DNA from: Schizochytrium sp. TIO01
Taxonomy: Eukaryota; Protista; Bigyra: Labyrinthulomycetes
Direction: 5' to 3'
Assembly (NCBI GenBank): GCA_004764695.1
Contig: SMSO01000032.1
Location: 1,364,001-1,428,000, forward strand
Length of the DNA stretch: 64,000 nt
Position numbers and translations under genes: made by a program. Positions 58,834 to 64,000 of the stretch are shown here, piece after piece. The notes under the pieces are model-generated. The model searched no databases and had not been told where the DNA came from. It saw only the letters and a list, made by a program, of their open reading frames with translations. Positions within the stretch are counted from its first letter, which is position 1, and the number at the start of each line of letters is the position of its first letter.

Positions 58834-61770
58834 ATGCAGCGCGCAAGGCAGCAATTGAGCGAGTCTATGAAATCTAATCGCGACAAAAGAAAGACTTCAG
58901 ATATGAGCTGGAAATCACATAGCGCAAAACTCAAAAACTTCTCTATTCGAAGCGGCAAGGCAAGTGTTGCACCATGTCCTGAAGGTACTAGTTCTACCTC
59001 ATCTGCTTCTATGAAACTTCCAAACCTTACGGAGAGTAGAATCGCAAAACTACGTGTGCCAAATACTGAAGATGATCAAGGCTCAGAGCATTTATCGTGG
59101 ATTCATGATGTTCCACAGCGAATCGCAACACAGAAGAGAATTGAGATTCAAGATGAGATTGAGCGCACTAGAAAACGGGTAGATGAAATCTATCGAAATG
59201 TGGATTTTCGGGTGAATCCATCTACCAAAGTGATGCGTTCTTGGAACGCCCTTATCTTTCTCACATTAGTATTCACCGCAACTTGGACCCCTTTTGAGGT
59301 CTCATTCCTCAAAATTGGTATTGATGGACGGTTCGTGCTGAATCGTTTTATTGATACATTCCTAATTGTGGACTTCTTTTTGCAGTTTGTCACTTGCTAC
59401 CAGGACCCCGTTACAGGCGTTTGGATTCGAGACTCCAAGTCAATATTTATACACTACGCTTCGGGTCGACTTATTTTCGATGCTCTTGCTTCGTTCGGGT
59501 GTCTAATATTTGACATGACAGCTTTGTATGGTACATTTCACACCAGTGGAGCTGATGATGGAGGCATTCACACAAACGAACTTCTCGCCACTGGGCGATT
59601 ATTAAGACTATTAAGTTTAATACGTTTTCCCAAGCTCTCGAGCGATACGTTCGAGTACTTTCACTTTCTCCGAGGTGATCAGTGGACATATAATAGACTT
59701 AGCTTGCTCAAATTTCTCTTTATTATTCTCTCGCTGGTACACTGGATGGCTTGTGTCTGGCGTCTTATTACAAAGTTCGAGCAGCATACTGATAATAACT
59801 TTCAAGAAACGTGGATTGTCAGAGAGGATCTCCTTTCAGCAGATCCAGTAGACCAGTATGTTGTTTGCGTGTATTGGGCCAGCACAACAATTACGACAAT
59901 TGGTTACGGTGATATTGCAAATCCAGGTACCGAGCTAGAACGTTTTATTGCAGTCCTAACAATGTTAATGGGGGCGTTAGTATGGGCGCGCATTATTGGT
60001 GGCATTACTTCGATTGTTTCTGCATTCAATATTCAAGACTTGGAGTTCTCAGAACAAATGGATCGCTTGAATGCCTATATGGAGTCTAAGCACATGCCTA
60101 CTGATCTTCGGCATCGCCTTCGAAGATATTTCCGTGCGCGGAGACAAATGGAACAGGATAACTCCTATGCAAGCCTCCTGGAAAAAATGTCTCCTGCGCT
60201 TCGAGGCGAAGTTGCTCGCACTGTGAGTCGTGAATGGCTTGCTCGTGTGCCCTGGTTAAATGTAGGTTCACTAGGTTTTATTGCCTCGGTGGCTATTGCT
60301 CTCGAGCACGAGCTGTATGCTCCAAAAGAGCTTATTATGGGAAGCCAGCTACGTGTGCTCACACGTGGTGTAGTCGCTCGTAATTCCCGTATTTTCACTC
60401 GTGGAAGTGTCTGGGGTATTGATATGATTGTTGCATCTGATGCTTTACGCGACAAAAAACCATCCAGAGCATTAACTTATGCACAGGTCCTGTGTCTCCA
60501 GCAAGATGCTTTGGAGGAGCTTTTGGAGGTTTATCCACATGAACGTGCACGAATTCGTGCTACAGCTTTGTGGATTGCACTTCGTAAAAGTTTTACAAAA
60601 TATGCTGCCAAGTTGCGAATTGGACGGAAAGTGATGCACCAAATAGCTAGTGATGCAGATCGCCTCGGCGTTGACGTTGCAGAGGTCTTTAAGAAGCATG
60701 ATATGCGAGGCAGAGACGAGCTTAATGAAGATGAATTTCTCTCAGCGCTTCGAGTCCTAGGCTATTGTGGACCTGCGAGCCTTATTACTGTTATGATTAG
60801 CCGTTTCGACAAAAATGGAGATGGCTCTGTAGATTATCGTGAGTTCGTTTCCTATTTCATGCGGGATTTTGCCAACGAACGAATGTCAATGGTAAGTGAA
60901 GATGTAAGAAAACGCCACGAACACAAGGGGTTCGTTGATCGAGCGCAGATGTTAGCTCTTCGTGAGCAGCAAATATTCGCAAAGGGCGAGCCTTTGGGCC
61001 AAGGCTACGAAAATCTTCCAATATTAGAAAGCGAGATAGAGGAGGAGCAACAAGACATGGTTTCTAGAATGCCATCAGCACGTAGCGAACTGAGTCGAGA
61101 TGTGATGCACCGCTCCCAACGTGGGCAAGAGAGCTGGTTTAGTGATGACGATGATGATCATGCACATAATATTGTGGTTGTACAACGTAAAAAAACAGCT
61201 ACAGGTAAAATCAAAGGTGCTGCCCGTCCAGCTGAACCATCTCATGCAGGGAATGGAGGTGGCTACAGCCAGTCTGCGTACCGAGGTAACGTGGTTCGAA
61301 CACAGGCAATGAATCCCCAAAGCCACCAAGGTTCTCCTAATTCAATTGCTCCAGCAAAGGTTAATAGCCCAGTGGAATCCGAGCAGCAACGATCAATGTC
61401 AGCGAACGCAAATATGATCACTATGTCACTCTTTGAGAAAGACGCCAATTCTCGTCGATTCAGTCCTAGTTTTCGCGCAGACTCACTATTTATTGAAAAC
61501 CAATCTAGCACATTACAATCATTTCGAGGCCAATCATCTCCTGTACTGAGCATGACAGGTGAGGAGGTTGAAGCTCTTATGGAAAAGAAACTTGCAGGTT
61601 TTCAAAATGAAATTCTGGAAAATATGAAGCGTCTTCTTAGCGGACCACAGGTTCAGACTCAAACACCAAGGGCGAGCATGCTTCAGTCTTCAGTGAATGG
61701 AGATGGTGAGTATGTAAGCCTCACACAGGATGTAGCTATGGATCATTCTTTACCATCGGATTGTCCCTAA
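58834..61770 (+). CDS. 6TM voltage-gated K+ channel of the CNBD superfamily (EAG/HCN/plant Shaker-like), with degenerate CNBD and two EF-hands
   Basis: S1-S6; S4 GRLLRLLSLIRFPKL; HWMAC in S5; filter TTITTIGYGD (GYGD at 59902-59913); C-linker; CNBD-like fold ~60250-60535; EF-hand loops DMRGRDELNEDE (60700-60735) and DKNGDGSVDYRE (60808-60843); long disordered tail. The start may be a downstream ATG. Confidence 0.93.
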   Translation: MQRARQQLSESMKSNRDKRKTSDMSWKSHSAKLKNFSIRSGKASVAPCPEGTSSTSSASMKLPNLTESRIAKLRVPNTEDDQGSEHLSWIHDVPQRIATQKRIEIQDEIERTRKRVDEIYRNVDFRVNPSTKVMRSWNALIFLTLVFTATWTPFEVSFLKIGIDGRFVLNRFIDTFLIVDFFLQFVTCYQDPVTGVWIRDSKSIFIHYASGRLIFDALASFGCLIFDMTALYGTFHTSGADDGGIHTNELLATGRLLRLLSLIRFPKLSSDTFEYFHFLRGDQWTYNRLSLLKFLFIILSLVHWMACVWRLITKFEQHTDNNFQETWIVREDLLSADPVDQYVVCVYWASTTITTIGYGDIANPGTELERFIAVLTMLMGALVWARIIGGITSIVSAFNIQDLEFSEQMDRLNAYMESKHMPTDLRHRLRRYFRARRQMEQDNSYASLLEKMSPALRGEVARTVSREWLARVPWLNVGSLGFIASVAIALEHELYAPKELIMGSQLRVLTRGVVARNSRIFTRGSVWGIDMIVASDALRDKKPSRALTYAQVLCLQQDALEELLEVYPHERARIRATALWIALRKSFTKYAAKLRIGRKVMHQIASDADRLGVDVAEVFKKHDMRGRDELNEDEFLSALRVLGYCGPASLITVMISRFDKNGDGSVDYREFVSYFMRDFANERMSMVSEDVRKRHEHKGFVDRAQMLALREQQIFAKGEPLGQGYENLPILESEIEEEQQDMVSRMPSARSELSRDVMHRSQRGQESWFSDDDDDHAHNIVVVQRKKTATGKIKGAARPAEPSHAGNGGGYSQSAYRGNVVRTQAMNPQSHQGSPNSIAPAKVNSPVESEQQRSMSANANMITMSLFEKDANSRRFSPSFRADSLFIENQSSTLQSFRGQSSPVLSMTGEEVEALMEKKLAGFQNEILENMKRLLSGPQVQTQTPRASMLQSSVNGDGEYVSLTQDVAMDHSLPSDCP

Positions 61771-62199
61771 AATGCGTAACTTTGATGCCTTCAAAATTTG
61801 TAATTTCCTTTTGGCAGTAGCATCTCTCACATCAAACAAAACAAGAATCTGCCCATCATGTGATAATCCATTTTCTTTTAAAGAATGCACATATATAGAT
61901 AAATAGTTAGATACATAGATAGAGAAGTTTAGAAGTAATTAATGTTCGAGATTTTGTTTTGTTTTCTTCTTCCTCTTGCCTATGGAATGCCTGTTTTAAC
62001 AAGGAGGAGCGATCTTGTTATTGAACAATCGCTTATGGCAGCTTATCAAACACAACTAATAATATGGATCGTAGAAAAATTCATTTTTATTATCAGCTTC
62101 TAGGTCAAGCTCCTCCATTATATTATATGAGTAAGTCAGACCTTCTCAGCAAACGAAATTTAGTTTCCTCCGGGTTTCCTCACTCTATATAACTATTAA

Positions 62200-63600
62200 A
62201 GCTCGTTTTTGGAGCGCAATTACGCTAAGATGTAGTTATTGTTTTGATCTAACTTTGATGCTATACAGGCATCTCCAATTGAAGAAGGAATTAGTGCACA
62301 ATATATTGCTAGAGTTCTCAGCATCCTATTATACGGCCTCATAGAACTAGGTCTTTCAACAAAATAGAACTATACAATCAGACTTGCATGGTTGAGAAGA
62401 ATTGTATGCATACACATTTCGAAGAGTTGATTATGGTGGAATTCGAAAGAGAAGAGTTAACCTGATTTTGTCATATGAATCTATTGTAGATAAAATATGT
62501 ATTAGTTTCCTAATTGCATCATGAATCTGTCAAATTCCAAGGACATCACATTCAGCCAGCCTCCATTCTGTTCTGTCTTCTTAAAGCCTTCATCACAATT
62601 CTTACATTCATCTTCATCGTCAACCTTTAGCTGACAAGATACATCTTTCAGCATGCTACTTTTGCCTTGTTATTCTGAAGCCCGAAGCTAGGCTCATAGT
62701 GTTGAATGCTAAATTATACCGCATCAAGATATTGTAGACAATATAATCTTTCCTTCTAAACTCAGTAAATATGTTTGCTGACAAATTATCGTGTAGGGTC
62801 TTACCTATATTTTGTACAATACCTTTAATATTATTCAGAGTGGGGTTTTGTGAGAAGAAATTAATAGAAGATCTTGTCTTTGTTAATAACAATCCTGATT
62901 TACCTTTCAGAAGTCTTGCCTTCTCCGTGTTTCGTTAGCCTTGACAATTTCTTCGACACAATTTACTTTTGGTTTTTCCTCCTGGCATAGCAGTCACCAA
63001 GTGGAAAGAAGGACAACGTAGAGTAAGTAGTCCAAGCATTTTTGGAGCCGTGATTTATGGCAGTAGTGCTAGGTACTAGGTATGTTTATGGTATCCCTAC
63101 CAGTACACACTTTGCACACTCATCCGATAATGGGGAGTTGGCCAGCGTGGCAGACAGAACCAATTATAGAATTCCGCAGATTAGATAACTTGGTAAAAAG
63201 ATGATCACCTATGACCATGAGCTGGGTTCAAGGAGGGGCGGTCCCACTGCGGTGGAATTATCGTTTTTCTAAAAGAGCTGTGGGTTTACCATGAAATCTT
63301 GGGACCAGGTATGACAGACGATGGTGGCTCATCATGTAAACTATCGACGCAAGTTAAGTATGACCTAGGGCTCAGTGAGAGGGCAATCAGGAGGTGAGCC
63401 AGCGTCAACGAACAATGCATACATCTCGCAGTCTAGTAAAAAACAAAAGTGTGTGACATTGCAATCTTGTTGGGGTGGAGATAAGGAAATCAAGAGCGGA
63501 GACTCGTTGTTATCTATTCGGAATTCATTTATTCATCTAAAGGCGCTATATAATATAGATCTAGGGTTGCGCCTATATAATTCGATACATAGTAAAATCT
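62200..63600 (+). pseudogene. Probable further TPR relics
   Basis: From 62258 MLYRHLQLKKEL; 63216-63227 HELG; 63249-63307 AVEL/KRAVG/YHEILGP. Confidence 0.4.
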
Positions 63601-64000
63601 GATTTGGCCATTTTCGTTGGTGGGGCAGCAAAACCCGCGTGTAATTTCACAAGGCTCTGAGAACACAAGAAGAGCCAAGTGTGAGGTAGGTATCTTTGCT
63701 GAAGGCAAAAACTGAAAATGGCAGTATTCCTCCAAAAAGGAGCGAGGTTGGAGGAATGAAAAGAACAACTCGTGGTTTGCTGAAAATATTTCAGGCTGTT
63801 GGTGAGTTGCAGAGGTGATGCTTGCTTGCCTGTTTCGTGAAACATAGCGCAAGATCGCACTTAAAAAATGTGTGAGTGCCAACAAAAGCGTATTGTATGT
63901 TCATCACGGAGATCACAATGATGACCCGTGAGTCTATGTATTGTTTCTTCATCTAACTTGTTTTTCGTCTGCGTGATAGTTTTCTATCTGTTTGTCTGCG

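Noticed and set aside
62656-62892. Minus-strand ORF with TLNNIKGIVQNIGK suggesting an inverted TPR block
   Set aside because: Few supporting motifs; the + strand gives more fragments. Strand unresolved without an HMM search, and a reminder that such short matches can arise by chance.

Overview
Eukaryotic, intron-poor, microsatellite-rich DNA. The gene content and the RxL/RxLR-bearing secreted proteins suggest a stramenopile protist such as a thraustochytrid/labyrinthulomycete (inference, not proven). Six apparently intact genes, with no intron needed in any CDS: legumain (C13 asparaginyl endopeptidase), a WASP-family actin nucleation-promoting factor, a family-16 SAM methyltransferase, two paralogous secreted proteins built from an unrecognised 12-Cys domain (one also carries a His/N-sequon-rich repeat array punctuated by RHLR), and a GYGD K+ channel with a degenerate cyclic-nucleotide-binding domain plus two EF-hands. 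Much of the ORF-less DNA does not look random. Manual frameshift-tolerant translation repeatedly gives fragments of kinesin-light-chain-like (TPR_10/TPR_12-type, ~42 aa) TPR units on the + strand from ~1.4 kb to ~63.6 kb, i.e. a very large decayed TPR field. A frameshifted Crinkler-like nuclease+kinase pseudogene lies at ~22.6-23.8 kb (-). All family calls are by motif recognition only; no searches were run.
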